A stretch of 64,000 bases of DNA from a virus: positions 1-64,000 of IMG/VR virus record IMGVR_UViG_3300023049_000574; one strand, written 5' to 3'. A model generated the notes under the pieces. The model ran no database searches. It was not told the origin of the DNA and saw only the letters and a program-made list of their open reading frames with translations. Within the stretch, counting starts at the first letter, position 1. Each line of letters begins with the position of its first letter. Both the position numbers and the translations under genes were made by a program. Shown piece by piece: positions 1 to 9,812 of this stretch.

Positions 1-2
1 TA

Positions 3-206
3 AAATTTGATAGAGTGAAAGATATAAACGGAATTGAAATAACAGAAGGGTGTGAATTACAATACAGTAGTTATACGCCAAGTGAGAATGTAGAAAAAGG
101 TAAAGTTTACACTCATAAAAAATATGGCGGATTGTGGGTAAATAGTGTGCCTGTATCGTTATTGAATTCTCACGGATTAGATTACAGAAAATTGAAAGTG
201 TTGTAG
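3..206 (+). CDS. YopX-like hypothetical protein, probably 5'-partial; putative cassette gene
   Basis: Frame is open from the window edge. KDINGIEITEG resembles the YopX KDKNGKEIYEGD motif. Followed by inverse-core-like GCATTACACACAAC. Confidence 0.5.
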   Translation, partial: KFDRVKDINGIEITEGCELQYSSYTPSENVEKGKVYTHKKYGGLWVNSVPVSLLNSHGLDYRKLKVL

Positions 207-208
207 TA

Positions 209-353
209 GCATTACACACAACGTTTTGTGTATGGTTTGAAAGCCTATAACTAAAACTAATAAATGGCACTAAATTATGTTTACTGCCGAAACATAGAAA
301 ATAAACAATAACCTTAATTGGCTTTTTAACTATACACGTTGTTATAGCCAGTT
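209..353. mobile_element. attC-like recombination site (imperfect long hairpin)
   Basis: AAC at 220-222 and GTT at 341-343. Arms GTGTATGGTTTGAAAGCC (228-245) and GGCTTTTTAACTATACAC (320-337) pair at 15/18. Inner hairpin TATGTTT/AAACATA (276-296). Confidence 0.65.
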
Positions 354-370
354 ATTTAATAAACGAAAAA

Positions 371-592
371 ATGAAAGACTTGAAATTATTTATTTGGAAA
401 GATGTATTGACTGACTATACAAGTGGAATTGCTTTTGCATTAGCCGAAAATGCAGAAGAAGCAAGAAAAATAATTTTTGCAAAGTTTGAAAAAGAAGAAC
501 AGTATTTAAGTGACACACTAAAAGCTGATTTGTCTGACGAACCTGAAATAGTAGATACTAAAGCTGGTTTCTATGTTTGGGGTGGGGGCTAA
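371..592 (+). CDS. hypothetical protein; putative gene cassette
   Basis: 73-aa ORF bracketed by the inverted repeat GTTATAGCCAGTT (341-353) / AATTGGCTATAAC (591-603), 12/13 match. Confidence 0.7.
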   Translation: MKDLKLFIWKDVLTDYTSGIAFALAENAEEARKIIFAKFEKEEQYLSDTLKADLSDEPEIVDTKAGFYVWGGG

Positions 593-619
593 TTGGCTAT
601 AACTATTATGTATATACAC
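591..619. mobile_element. attI-like primary site next to the integrase start
   Basis: GGCTATAAC followed by TATTATGTATATACAC, which reuses the TGTAT/TATACAC arm words without a long hairpin. Lies about 40 nt upstream of the integrase ATG. Confidence 0.45.
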
Positions 620-655
620 CTTTTTGTAAAACAATAATAATCAATTAATTACACT

Positions 656-1459
656 ATGTTAAATCAGAAAATTGTTAAGATCTGTGAACAAAAGTTTACA
701 TATCTTAACTATTCAAGTAGAACCAAAGATACATACATATTTTATATTAAACAATTTGTAAAGTGGTGTGGCGATAAAAGAGTAACCCATATTAGTTCGA
801 AAGATTTTCAATCATATCTTGATAATTATAAATTCACTTCTATATCACAACAAAATCAAGTAATAAATGCAATTAGATTTCTATATAAATTTGGTCTTAA
901 TAAAAAATACGATAAAGTGTCTTTTGGAAGACCAAAGAAAGAAAACAATCTACCAAAAGTTATTGATGGGGAGTCAATAAAAAAGAAACTACTCGATATT
1001 AAGAACCTAAAACATAAAACTATATTAACACTTACCTATTCAATAGGGCTTCGTGTTTCAGAGGTAGTTAACTTAAAAATAGAAAACATTGACTCCAACC
1101 GAATGTTGATCTATATCAAAAATGCTAAAGGAAGAAAAGATAGAATCGTACCACTATCTGAATATGTGTTGAAATTATTGAGGGAATATTGGAAAGAATA
1201 TAAACCTAAAATATATTTATTCAATGGTCAAAATTCTCTTCAATATTCGGTTAGTAGTTGTCAAAAAATATATAAGAAATATATTGATATTAATTCCTCT
1301 ATCCACACATTGAGACATTCATCATTTACTAATATGTTGGAGGGTGGTTGTGATCTGAGAGTAATACAGAAAATAGCGGGGCATTCATCAACTAAAACCA
1401 CTGAGTTATATACACATGTGTCAAATAAAATATTAAGTAATGTTGTCTTACCTATCTAA
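656..1459 (+). CDS. tyrosine recombinase/integrase (XerD/IntI-related, N-terminal SAM-like domain)
   Basis: Intact catalytic motifs GLRVSE, KGRKDR, HTLRHS, AGHSS, TELYTHV. Confidence 0.95.
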   Translation: MLNQKIVKICEQKFTYLNYSSRTKDTYIFYIKQFVKWCGDKRVTHISSKDFQSYLDNYKFTSISQQNQVINAIRFLYKFGLNKKYDKVSFGRPKKENNLPKVIDGESIKKKLLDIKNLKHKTILTLTYSIGLRVSEVVNLKIENIDSNRMLIYIKNAKGRKDRIVPLSEYVLKLLREYWKEYKPKIYLFNGQNSLQYSVSSCQKIYKKYIDINSSIHTLRHSSFTNMLEGGCDLRVIQKIAGHSSTKTTELYTHVSNKILSNVVLPI

Positions 1460-1491
1460 GTTAAATGATAAATAATATAGCTTGTATATTT

Positions 1492-1499
1492 AATATATA
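1492..1499 (+). promoter_or_regulatory. putative late-promoter element AATATATA, 4 nt before ATG (representative copy)
   Basis: Same AATATATA-N4-ATG arrangement at 7062, 9801, 12590, 12799, 20877, 41226, 43923 and 52771 (+), and at 27046, 27617, 46041, 49223, 55325 and 55890 (-). Confidence 0.75.
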
Positions 1500-1503
1500 A
1501 GTC

Positions 1504-2673
1504 ATGCGATATATAATAGAAAGAACAGAGTGGCTAGAACACAGAAAACAAGATTGGAGTAAGGGGATTTCAGAATTACTTACCCCCCTTTCTGATAGTA
1601 TTTTAGATATGATAGAAGACTTAAAGGAGGAATATAACGATAAATCTGATCCTTTTAAAGTTCATAAGTCTTATATAGAAGGGTTGGATTCGGCTTTAAA
1701 TCAGTTAAGAGATGATATATCAACGGTAAAGAAAAAGGAAACTTTATCTAAACTATGGGATGAGTTAACACTAAATCTTACGTTTTGGAAAGAACATTTT
1801 AAAAATTTATCAGAAACATTAGATAACTACGGGTCTATATTCAAATTAGGTTACGAGATATTTAGTTTGATAACTAGATATAACACAAAGAAAATAGGGG
1901 TAGATTATTATAATAATTTAGAGTCTGAGGAATTAGATACGATAAGAACTGATATTAGTAAATTCTTAAAAAACTTTAAGAATGATATATTACTGAGAGT
2001 AACAGAACTATCCGCAGATGATATATTTGAGATAGGTAATCTAGAAGATAAACCTGATATAGATTATGGCGATTACGTAGGAGATGAGATAAGATATTAT
2101 ATGCAAGACGGAGAAGAAAACAAAGCTATAATATCATATAACCAAGATGATTTAGATGAAAATAAGATCAGAATAGTTTCCAAGAAAACGGGAGAGAAAT
2201 TTGAGATCGAAAAGAGAGAATTGATCGAAGTTATTCCACAGGAAAAATCACTTAATCAAGAAGTGTTTGCTAAATTAAAAAAGATCAAAGACGATCCCGA
2301 TAAGCTAAAGGACTTAAATACCTACTTAGATAAAATAGATGAAAGTATAGATTTTAAAAATAAACTTAGTGTAGTTGATGTTATTTCTGATATATTTGAT
2401 AATATTTCTAATATAGAATTCGATGATCCTAAGGTCTATTTTACAAAGAATGGTAAAAACAAAGAATTAGAAATAATAGAAGTTAGTGGAGTATTTAAAG
2501 AGAAATCTGATTACAGAGTAGTTGGGTTACATAATAAGTCAATAACAACGGACTATGTAGCGTTCCTAACAAATTCAACTTTATACTTCTTTGATAGTAG
2601 TGGGGTATCTGTACTAGAGAATAGTGACCTATTGTTCAGTATGAATAGCATCATAAAGAGCTACAAATTTTAA
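1504..2673 (+). CDS. hypothetical protein, CTS-like N-terminus (MRYIIE)
   Basis: 389-aa ORF preceded by the late motif. Confidence 0.75.
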   Translation: MRYIIERTEWLEHRKQDWSKGISELLTPLSDSILDMIEDLKEEYNDKSDPFKVHKSYIEGLDSALNQLRDDISTVKKKETLSKLWDELTLNLTFWKEHFKNLSETLDNYGSIFKLGYEIFSLITRYNTKKIGVDYYNNLESEELDTIRTDISKFLKNFKNDILLRVTELSADDIFEIGNLEDKPDIDYGDYVGDEIRYYMQDGEENKAIISYNQDDLDENKIRIVSKKTGEKFEIEKRELIEVIPQEKSLNQEVFAKLKKIKDDPDKLKDLNTYLDKIDESIDFKNKLSVVDVISDIFDNISNIEFDDPKVYFTKNGKNKELEIIEVSGVFKEKSDYRVVGLHNKSITTDYVAFLTNSTLYFFDSSGVSVLENSDLLFSMNSIIKSYKF

Positions 2674-2760
2674 TAAAAAAGAAGAAAAAGGGACTTTTAT
2701 ACTTAATATATAGAATAACTTATTTTATATAGCTATAAAAATAAAAAAAAAGTTTAAACT

Positions 2761-3045
2761 ATGAAATTAAATGTAACATGCGCAGGATGCGAAATCACAG
2801 TAGAAGAGGTGGACGGAAAATGTGTTGTAATGGCAATGAAAGATGGTGAATTAGTAGAAGAATTCGCTGTTGATTGTGAAGAAATGGAAGAAGAAGCTGA
2901 AGAAGCGGAAGAAGAAATGGAAGACGCAGAAGACGCAGAAGAAGAAGAAGCTGATGAAATGGAAGAAGAATCTTTAGAGGAATCTAAAGAAGAAGTTAAC
3001 GAAAGTGTTAAAAACTTCGGGGATTTTATGAAATCTAGTAAATAA
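2761..3045 (+). CDS. small very acidic protein ending NESVKNFGDF (possible head/scaffold peptide)
   Basis: Glu/Asp-rich GAA low-complexity tract; TAATATATA at 2704; followed by a terminator. Confidence 0.7.
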   Translation: MKLNVTCAGCEITVEEVDGKCVVMAMKDGELVEEFAVDCEEMEEEAEEAEEEMEDAEDAEEEEADEMEEESLEESKEEVNESVKNFGDFMKSSK

Positions 3046-3067
3046 GATGTTTATTAACATTTTATGG

Positions 3068-3103
3068 AAAGGGAACTAAATAAACATTTAGTTCCCTTTT
3101 TTT
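3068..3103 (+). terminator. intrinsic terminator
   Basis: Perfect 14-bp stem AAAGGGAACTAAAT/ATTTAGTTCCCTTT, 4-nt loop, T-run. Confidence 0.85.
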
Positions 3104-3114
3104 ATATATACTAC

Positions 3115-3573
3115 ATGAGAGTAAAGAATTATACAGAATATATCACCGAGAGCTTAGATACTAATAGTCTTAAAACAAATCAGAAAAGACTTAGAGAATA
3201 TATTAAAGTACTAAAAGATAACGATGAAATAGTATCAAATAAAGAAGATCCTGAATATAAGTATAACAAATATGAAGTTTATATCACATATTTTACTATA
3301 ATCCACAATGCTTTATTATTAGAACAGAGGTTCTATAACCTTTTTAAGCTAAGTAATAAGGAGGTCAATAAATATTTAGATCTACCTGAGTTAAGTGATG
3401 TAAAGGATATTATTGATAAGTTTAGTGAATTATATGATTCACACAACAAGGTTAGGTTCGCAGTAGAAACTATGGATAGTATAGAAGAAGTGAGGCAATA
3501 TTTTAAAAAATTAGAAGAAGTGAATAAAAGAGGTAATTACTACTCTAAGATCTTTTTTAAATTACCTGTCTAA
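3115..3573 (+). CDS. hypothetical protein, CTS-like N-terminus (MRVKNYTEYITES)
   Basis: Start moved from 3064, which would read through the terminator, to ATG 3115, 4 nt after TATATATA. Confidence 0.75.
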   Translation: MRVKNYTEYITESLDTNSLKTNQKRLREYIKVLKDNDEIVSNKEDPEYKYNKYEVYITYFTIIHNALLLEQRFYNLFKLSNKEVNKYLDLPELSDVKDIIDKFSELYDSHNKVRFAVETMDSIEEVRQYFKKLEEVNKRGNYYSKIFFKLPV

Positions 3574-4026
3574 ATTTCTAAATTCTTCGAAAACAGAATC
3601 TTCTGTTCTTTTGAATATTTCCCCCTTAGGGCTTTGTGTCCAAGAAGGAGATATATAATTCCAACAAGACATATCGTTTCTTTCATCTAAGTCTTTCAAT
3701 ACATTATACATATCATCATCATAAGGAAGTAATATTGATAAACACATATAGGGGGTATCATCACCATCGAATCTAACTAATGGGACAATGTTTCTTGCTA
3801 GGGTAATTCTATCAAATCCGATAATCTCACCTACCTTTAAAGAATTGGCTTGGTTTGATACCGATATTATTCTGCTACCTATGTATAGTGGGTATCTAAC
3901 TTCTTTATCATTCTCAATATAATAATGGAAGTCGTCTTTAGTAACAGGCTCTTCAGTTATCTCTTTAGGAGATGATGTTGTTTCTTTTTCTTCTTCTTTT
4001 AGTAATCTCTTAAGTATTCCAAACAT
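3562..4026 (-). CDS. hypothetical protein
   Basis: 154-aa ORF. Confidence 0.7.
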   Translation of the reverse strand: MFGILKRLLKEEEKETTSSPKEITEEPVTKDDFHYYIENDKEVRYPLYIGSRIISVSNQANSLKVGEIIGFDRITLARNIVPLVRFDGDDTPYMCLSILLPYDDDMYNVLKDLDERNDMSCWNYISPSWTQSPKGEIFKRTEDSVFEEFRNLDR

Positions 4027-4054
4027 AGTTTTAATTTTTAGTAAATATACACAT

Positions 4055-4579
4055 TTATTTTAGTTTAAAAACGATTTTAAAGCTATTGAAACCATCTTCT
4101 TTTTCTGAATTAACAAAGTTGAATTGTATGTCTTCTTTTTTAACATACCCATCTTTGAAATAAATGCCATCAAATGAGTTAATTATCTTAATACAGGCAA
4201 TTTGTATATCCTCTTGACCTTCGATCAGTTTAGATAAAAAGTTATTATACCTATTTTTTAAAATATGATCTACATAAGTATTAAAGGTTTTCTGTAATTT
4301 ATCAATATCTTTTGTGGTTACTTTTAAAACAGGTTCTGATAAAGTTTTATATTCCTTAAAACTACTTTTGGGTAAACTTTTAACTATGATTTTTTTATCC
4401 CCTTTTATATAATCATACCTTTCTAAGCTAGATTCATCTATATCGATTTTAAACTCAGAGGGATTATAATTAACAGTCTTTATCTTATCAAAGATATTAC
4501 CCCCCTCTACTACCCATTCTATCTTAGGGTAAGTATTAGATTTATTCCATTGTTTCAGGTCTATTTCCATAAAATTCAT
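4055..4579 (-). CDS. hypothetical protein
   Basis: Start shortened to Met28 to reduce overlap with 4542..5126. Confidence 0.6.
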   Translation of the reverse strand: MNFMEIDLKQWNKSNTYPKIEWVVEGGNIFDKIKTVNYNPSEFKIDIDESSLERYDYIKGDKKIIVKSLPKSSFKEYKTLSEPVLKVTTKDIDKLQKTFNTYVDHILKNRYNNFLSKLIEGQEDIQIACIKIINSFDGIYFKDGYVKKEDIQFNFVNSEKEDGFNSFKIVFKLK

Positions 4580-5126
4580 TTTTTTGGTTCTCCACGTAGT
4601 TCGTACAGCTATCATATTTTGATAGTATACCACCTTTAGTATCATCGAACCAAGATTCAATTATATGATCATAACAATCACTATAGCCTCCAAAGTTATT
4701 ATAATTTTCTGAAAATTCAAAAAGTTTATCATAAATATATTTATATGAAAGCATTATATGGTAGTTAGTTGGGGTTAATTTAAATATCTGATCATTCATT
4801 TTATACATAGAACTAGATGATATTGTTTCTGTTACAGAATTTATATTACCATTAACCATCTCTTTTATGAAGTAAATATCACATTCGTATATAATAGGTT
4901 CGCCTACTTTGTAATCGAAATTAAGAATATCACTATCATTTTCTAGTATTTGGTCTACATTATGTTCTCTTAGATAGTCCTTTGTTATAATATGGTAATA
5001 ATTATTATCAAAAACTATCATAATTCCATTCGGTAAATAGTCTTCATACTCATCTACTACAGTGATTATCTTATTTTCATCATAGTCAAGTTTTTTTATT
5101 ATATTTGTATAATTAAGCTCAGGCAT
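4542..5126 (-). CDS. hypothetical protein
   Basis: 194-aa ORF. Confidence 0.7.
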   Translation of the reverse strand: MPELNYTNIIKKLDYDENKIITVVDEYEDYLPNGIMIVFDNNYYHIITKDYLREHNVDQILENDSDILNFDYKVGEPIIYECDIYFIKEMVNGNINSVTETISSSSMYKMNDQIFKLTPTNYHIMLSYKYIYDKLFEFSENYNNFGGYSDCYDHIIESWFDDTKGGILSKYDSCTNYVENQKNEFYGNRPETME

Positions 5127-5127
5127 T

Positions 5128-5155
5128 TAAACATTTTTATTATAAGTTATATAAT
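5128..5155 (+). promoter_or_regulatory. putative phage promoter AAAC-N(15-18)-TATA (representative copy)
   Basis: Similar element before genes at 27674, 30581, 31325, 38805, 40913, 41969, 50005, 53299, 55930 and 58261. Confidence 0.5.
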
Positions 5156-5174
5156 AAAAAAATAAATACCCATT

Positions 5175-6032
5175 ATGCAGTTAACAGAACTTCTAGATTT
5201 AGCAAAAGATATACGTGAGTATCTAAACGAAGAAAGAGGAAGAAGAAAAATTTCTTTTCGTGAGGAAGATCATATCTATAATATCTATGATCCTAATAAG
5301 GGTGATATGGTTAATGACTTACCTAGTGTGTCTACGGTACTAAAGAATTGGTATGAACCATTCGATAGCGTGAATAAATCGTTACAAATGATGAATGGTG
5401 ATGTTAAACTAGCAGAAGATCTAAGAAAGAAGTGGGAAAAAAAGGGTGATGATGCCAATAGTATTGGATCTTTTGCACACTATAAGTTAGAGCAATATAT
5501 TTGGTCTATATTCGATATAGATAAAGAAGTGAGAAGACCTTACTATGATCTAAAAAGCACCGAATTACTTACCGCACAAGAAATGACTAGGAACGGTATC
5601 AATATGATTAATATGATACTTGATAATGGTTTTGTACCTATTGATACAGAAGTAGTGATGGGTTCTACTGAGTTAGGTTATGTGGGTCAGTGTGATAATA
5701 TGTGGTTAGGTCAACATAAAGGTAAAATAGTATTTTTAATGACTGATCACAAAACTAATCAAGAAAAGAACTTTGAAGCTGCAGCTTATAATATGCCTAT
5801 GAAAGAGCCTTTTGAAGAATTGCTCGATACAGCTTTATATAAATATTATATACAACAACCTTTATATGCACAACTGTTTAAAGATATGTTAAAAGATAGT
5901 CCTTATAAAGATATCGAATTTATAGGATTTAGGATCTTACACTTAAGAACAGAGAAATCACATAAGATTCCACTTTGGGTATATAGAGAAGTTAAAAAAT
6001 TATATCCAATAAAAGAACATGAACAAGTTTGA
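5175..6032 (+). CDS. PD-(D/E)XK exonuclease (Cas4/YqaJ-like)
   Basis: PSVSTVL, GSFAHYKLE, GQCD, DHKT, YYIQQPLYA motifs. Confidence 0.8.
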   Translation: MQLTELLDLAKDIREYLNEERGRRKISFREEDHIYNIYDPNKGDMVNDLPSVSTVLKNWYEPFDSVNKSLQMMNGDVKLAEDLRKKWEKKGDDANSIGSFAHYKLEQYIWSIFDIDKEVRRPYYDLKSTELLTAQEMTRNGINMINMILDNGFVPIDTEVVMGSTELGYVGQCDNMWLGQHKGKIVFLMTDHKTNQEKNFEAAAYNMPMKEPFEELLDTALYKYYIQQPLYAQLFKDMLKDSPYKDIEFIGFRILHLRTEKSHKIPLWVYREVKKLYPIKEHEQV

Positions 6033-6423
6033 TTTAATTAGTGATATCCACACGAGGATATCAGAAACCTTAGAGATAGATGGTATTAAAGTTGAGCTAT
6101 ATAATGGCGAAAAAGTGTATCAGAAATATGGTAAATATTATTCTGAGATCGACGGGAGTGTAAAACAGATAGAAAAAGATTTTTATATTTATCTATGGGA
6201 TGCGTTGAATAACTTTGATTATTGGGAAAAGGAATCAGGTGCTAAAATGGAGTTAAACCAAATGTCAACTACCCATTTATCTAGAGCAATCGACTATTTG
6301 AAAAGAAGTAAAATAAACCCTGAAGGCGTTTTACCTAAAATGGAAGCCATATTAAGAGATAGAAAAATCGATACTATACTAAACGACCCCACCGAAGAAA
6401 ATTTTGGATTAGATATAGGATGA
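6019..6423 (+). CDS. hypothetical protein with LRDRKIDTIL tag
   Basis: ORF; motif near the C-terminus. Confidence 0.7.
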   Translation: MNKFDLISDIHTRISETLEIDGIKVELYNGEKVYQKYGKYYSEIDGSVKQIEKDFYIYLWDALNNFDYWEKESGAKMELNQMSTTHLSRAIDYLKRSKINPEGVLPKMEAILRDRKIDTILNDPTEENFGLDIG

Positions 6424-6440
6424 TCTTTCATATATAGTAT

Positions 6441-7070
6441 ATGAAAGAATCAGAATTAGCAGAAGAAATAATCAAACTTTATGAGAAAGATGGTTATGAA
6501 ATATATTCAGAGGTGATCCATAGAGCAGGTTCTAAACGCTGTGACATCATTGCAGTAAAGAACGGAGAATATATTGCTATAGAAGTAAAAAAGTCTATGA
6601 GCCTTACTTTAATAGAACAAGCTCACTTTTGGAAAGATAAGAGCCATAAGACTTATATCTTTTTCCCATCACAAAGAAAACTTAATTGGTTTGGAATAAA
6701 CCTATGTAGAGATTATGGTATAGGTGTTTATATCTATAATAAACACAAGGGCGTTAGGATAATAAACGAAAGTACATATTGTGATAACCCTGACCTACCT
6801 AAGTTATATGAAGGTCAAAAAGATAGTGTATCAGGAAGTAAGGGCGGTGGATATATTACACCGTTTAGTATTACTAAGGATAAACTAATTGACCATCTTA
6901 AAGAGGTTAAAGAATGTTCACTAAATTCAGCAGTAGAAGATATTGATCACCATTACAGTTCTAATAACAGTGCTAAACAAGCATTAAGAAAGCTTATTGA
7001 TACAAATGTTATAAAGCCTATCTCTTGTTATAAGAAAGGAAGAGTGGTTTGGGTGAAATATAATATATAA
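6441..7070 (+). CDS. PD-(D/E)XK restriction-endonuclease-like protein with probable C-terminal wHTH
   Basis: E...SEV...RCDIIA...IEVK...EQA motif. Confidence 0.7.
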   Translation: MKESELAEEIIKLYEKDGYEIYSEVIHRAGSKRCDIIAVKNGEYIAIEVKKSMSLTLIEQAHFWKDKSHKTYIFFPSQRKLNWFGINLCRDYGIGVYIYNKHKGVRIINESTYCDNPDLPKLYEGQKDSVSGSKGGGYITPFSITKDKLIDHLKEVKECSLNSAVEDIDHHYSSNNSAKQALRKLIDTNVIKPISCYKKGRVVWVKYNI

Positions 7071-7073
7071 CCT

Positions 7074-9797
7074 ATGAATTTATCGGGTAATATAGGATTT
7101 AAAGAAATTTATTCAGTGGATGATGTTACATGGGACTCTGTTTTCGCAGAAGATCGTGGTAGAAAGAAAATATATGTAGGTTCAGGAAGACCTATTTTTG
7201 AAGGTAGTAACCCAACCGAAGATAACACTCCTATAATATATAAAACTAACTATGATTTAACATATGATCCATTAGAAGATGTTTATACTTTACCAACAGG
7301 ATACGCTGCCGATTATAACTCAGAAGAGTGTTATCTAACAGAAGATAATAATCACATACTAATAAATGTTCGGATTCTTGATGAGTTTATAGGAGCGTCT
7401 ACGGTAAATGGTTGGAGAAATTATATAGCGAAAGTTACTATTAACCATGATAGCTTTACAGGATCTACTACATCTTTCATAGATCTAAATCATGGTGGTG
7501 GTCCAGGCGTAACTCAATATCTTTATGAAATAGATAACGAAGTATATGTAGTAAAGGGTTCAGATCCAAGAGATATCAATAATCTATACCCCGTGACTAT
7601 AGTAGATTATATAGCTTCGACAGTATCATCTACCACATTTTCTGTACCTGAGGTGAATTATTATAGTAAAACTAAAATAAGCGATACTGAATATGTATAC
7701 GGAACAGGGTTTAGGGATAGTAGTTTAATGTATAAACACGCATTAATTAAGATAGATACTGAAAATAAAACATATGCAACAAGTTCTAATATTATAGAAG
7801 GAAGAGGATTATCTTATATTAGAGAAGTAGGGGATGACTTATATGAATTTGTTTATACGAATAGAGATGATGATACATTAAACATTAGTTATACTGATTT
7901 TAATTTAAATGTTATAAGTAATATAAAATCCGAACCTAATACTGTATTTGAAACAGGTGGTGGTGGTTTTAATACTATGTTAAAGATTAATAATTTATTT
8001 TATTTATCAAATTTTAGTGGTAATGTAAGTGCTTTCATAGCTGAACAAAAAGACATAACGAAACCAATTTTTTCGGGTGATCTAACTTTATCTATAAAAT
8101 CTTCCGTAAATATAGGAGCATTAAATAGCGGTAGACATTTAGCTGTAGATACAAATAAAGGTTTCGCTTATATATTTTCAGGAGAGATGCAATCAGGGGT
8201 TGGTACACAATCTTGTATATTAAGGAGATATGATTTAGATCTTAATATAATAGAAAGTATTACTTTAACTGATATACGAGCAGCAGAACAACACAACAGA
8301 CCGTTTTTTGATTTCGAACGAAATAAATTAATATGTTTTCAATATGCTCAGGATTCTTATACAGGAGAAACTACGACATTTAATAGAAGTTATAGGTTTT
8401 TTGAAGTGGCTCTTGATAGTGGATCATATAGTGATTTAGGTCGTGCTACACCATCAGCCCCACTAGAAAGCGATAGTGATTTATATACAATAGTATCATA
8501 TGATTTTGATAATCAATTATGTTATTACCAAAAAGGAGAAACAAATGTTTCGAGTACTTACTTAAAAAGAGATTTTGACTTAGATACAATAACATCAAGT
8601 ACCATAGCTACTGTGAATGGGGATACATATCCTATTTATTTCGATAGAAAAGATTTAGTATACTATCACTCACTCGATAATAGTTATAGTGGAACTAGGG
8701 TTAATATGTTAGCTACTTTTGATTACTCTACTATGACATTAGTAGGCACGTCTTCGAATACATGGATTAGTGGGAGATCATTAAGACCCGCTAGATTGGA
8801 TTATTTTACTAATACATTTAATCCCAATGCTTTTAAAAATATTTATTATACACCTAGTCCTACTTCCCTGTCAACATTTTATTCCGATATGAATTTAAAC
8901 ACAGGGGGGTTAACTGCTAGTTATAATAGTCCTAGTTTAATTGGTTCTAATTACCCCACAGTAGATAGTAGAGAGAACTATTATTTATTAGGAAGTTCAT
9001 ATAGAAATGTTTTAACGTTTGAGGAAACACAACAAACTAATAATAGAGCTAGAGTACAAAAAAATGATAATTTAGAATTATTTAGGATAGATGCTGATAA
9101 TATTAAGACTGATATAACTAATAGGATAAGTAGAATAAAAAACTTATCCCCACAAGGAAACGATTTAATACAACCTGATTATAACAGAAGACTTAGGTAT
9201 GTTGAGAACCCTGCTTCTCCTATCAACTTACCTGTGATATCTACTGATATTGGGTTTCGTGAGTTTATGAGTTGTAGTATTGACTTATTTAAATTTACTA
9301 AACCGAATAATTCTTTTTGGATTCTATTCTTAATTAAAAACGACACAAATAACCAAGTTCGTTTATTTACTGACCGTGAAATTCCTGCGGATAGGGCGCA
9401 GTTTATTGTAGGTCTGTTCTTTGATCAAGTTCTTTTAACTATTAAAAGGGGATATGGATACGAGTTCAACCCCTCTATTTCAGTCAACCCTCCTGGTGGG
9501 ATCACAGACTTTCACTTTTATGCAGTAAGATTTGAGCCATACACAGAAGGTGAATTGTATATATGTAACACCGATGGTACTTTATTCGGCTACACTGCTT
9601 CTTTTTCTGATTCGGGTAATCCATATTTGGGATATAAATTATTCTCAGATGATACGACAGGTTATGCATATGAGTTAAGAGAATTACAGATTATAGATAC
9701 ATCTGATTTAACATATAGTGAAGAAATAACTGAAGTAAACAGTAGAATGAATGATATGGCAAGTGGTACAGGTTTTACTTGGAGTAACATTACTTAA
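7074..9797 (+). CDS. large beta-propeller-like virion/adhesin protein, MN[LV]SGN family 1
   Basis: Beta-rich T/S/N/Y composition; C-terminal domain shared with 9813 (DTSDL...TWSNIT); late motif upstream. Confidence 0.65.
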   Translation: MNLSGNIGFKEIYSVDDVTWDSVFAEDRGRKKIYVGSGRPIFEGSNPTEDNTPIIYKTNYDLTYDPLEDVYTLPTGYAADYNSEECYLTEDNNHILINVRILDEFIGASTVNGWRNYIAKVTINHDSFTGSTTSFIDLNHGGGPGVTQYLYEIDNEVYVVKGSDPRDINNLYPVTIVDYIASTVSSTTFSVPEVNYYSKTKISDTEYVYGTGFRDSSLMYKHALIKIDTENKTYATSSNIIEGRGLSYIREVGDDLYEFVYTNRDDDTLNISYTDFNLNVISNIKSEPNTVFETGGGGFNTMLKINNLFYLSNFSGNVSAFIAEQKDITKPIFSGDLTLSIKSSVNIGALNSGRHLAVDTNKGFAYIFSGEMQSGVGTQSCILRRYDLDLNIIESITLTDIRAAEQHNRPFFDFERNKLICFQYAQDSYTGETTTFNRSYRFFEVALDSGSYSDLGRATPSAPLESDSDLYTIVSYDFDNQLCYYQKGETNVSSTYLKRDFDLDTITSSTIATVNGDTYPIYFDRKDLVYYHSLDNSYSGTRVNMLATFDYSTMTLVGTSSNTWISGRSLRPARLDYFTNTFNPNAFKNIYYTPSPTSLSTFYSDMNLNTGGLTASYNSPSLIGSNYPTVDSRENYYLLGSSYRNVLTFEETQQTNNRARVQKNDNLELFRIDADNIKTDITNRISRIKNLSPQGNDLIQPDYNRRLRYVENPASPINLPVISTDIGFREFMSCSIDLFKFTKPNNSFWILFLIKNDTNNQVRLFTDREIPADRAQFIVGLFFDQVLLTIKRGYGYEFNPSISVNPPGGITDFHFYAVRFEPYTEGELYICNTDGTLFGYTASFSDSGNPYLGYKLFSDDTTGYAYELRELQIIDTSDLTYSEEITEVNSRMNDMASGTGFTWSNIT

Positions 9798-9812
9798 ATA
9801 AATATATAACTT

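Noticed and set aside
656-1459. Prophage integrase marking a host junction
   Set aside because: Flanks are phage-like on both sides, with no tRNA/attB or host genes; the cassette-like sites explain it better, though lysogeny cannot be excluded.
2875-3000. GAA-rich microsatellite
   Set aside because: Simply encodes a poly-Glu tract.
3064-3114. N-terminal extension of the 3064 ORF
   Set aside because: It spans a terminator hairpin; ATG 3115 fits both the promoter spacing and the tag.
5175-6032. Cas4 as evidence of CRISPR-Cas
   Set aside because: No Fe-S cysteine set, array or other cas genes; a typical phage exonuclease.
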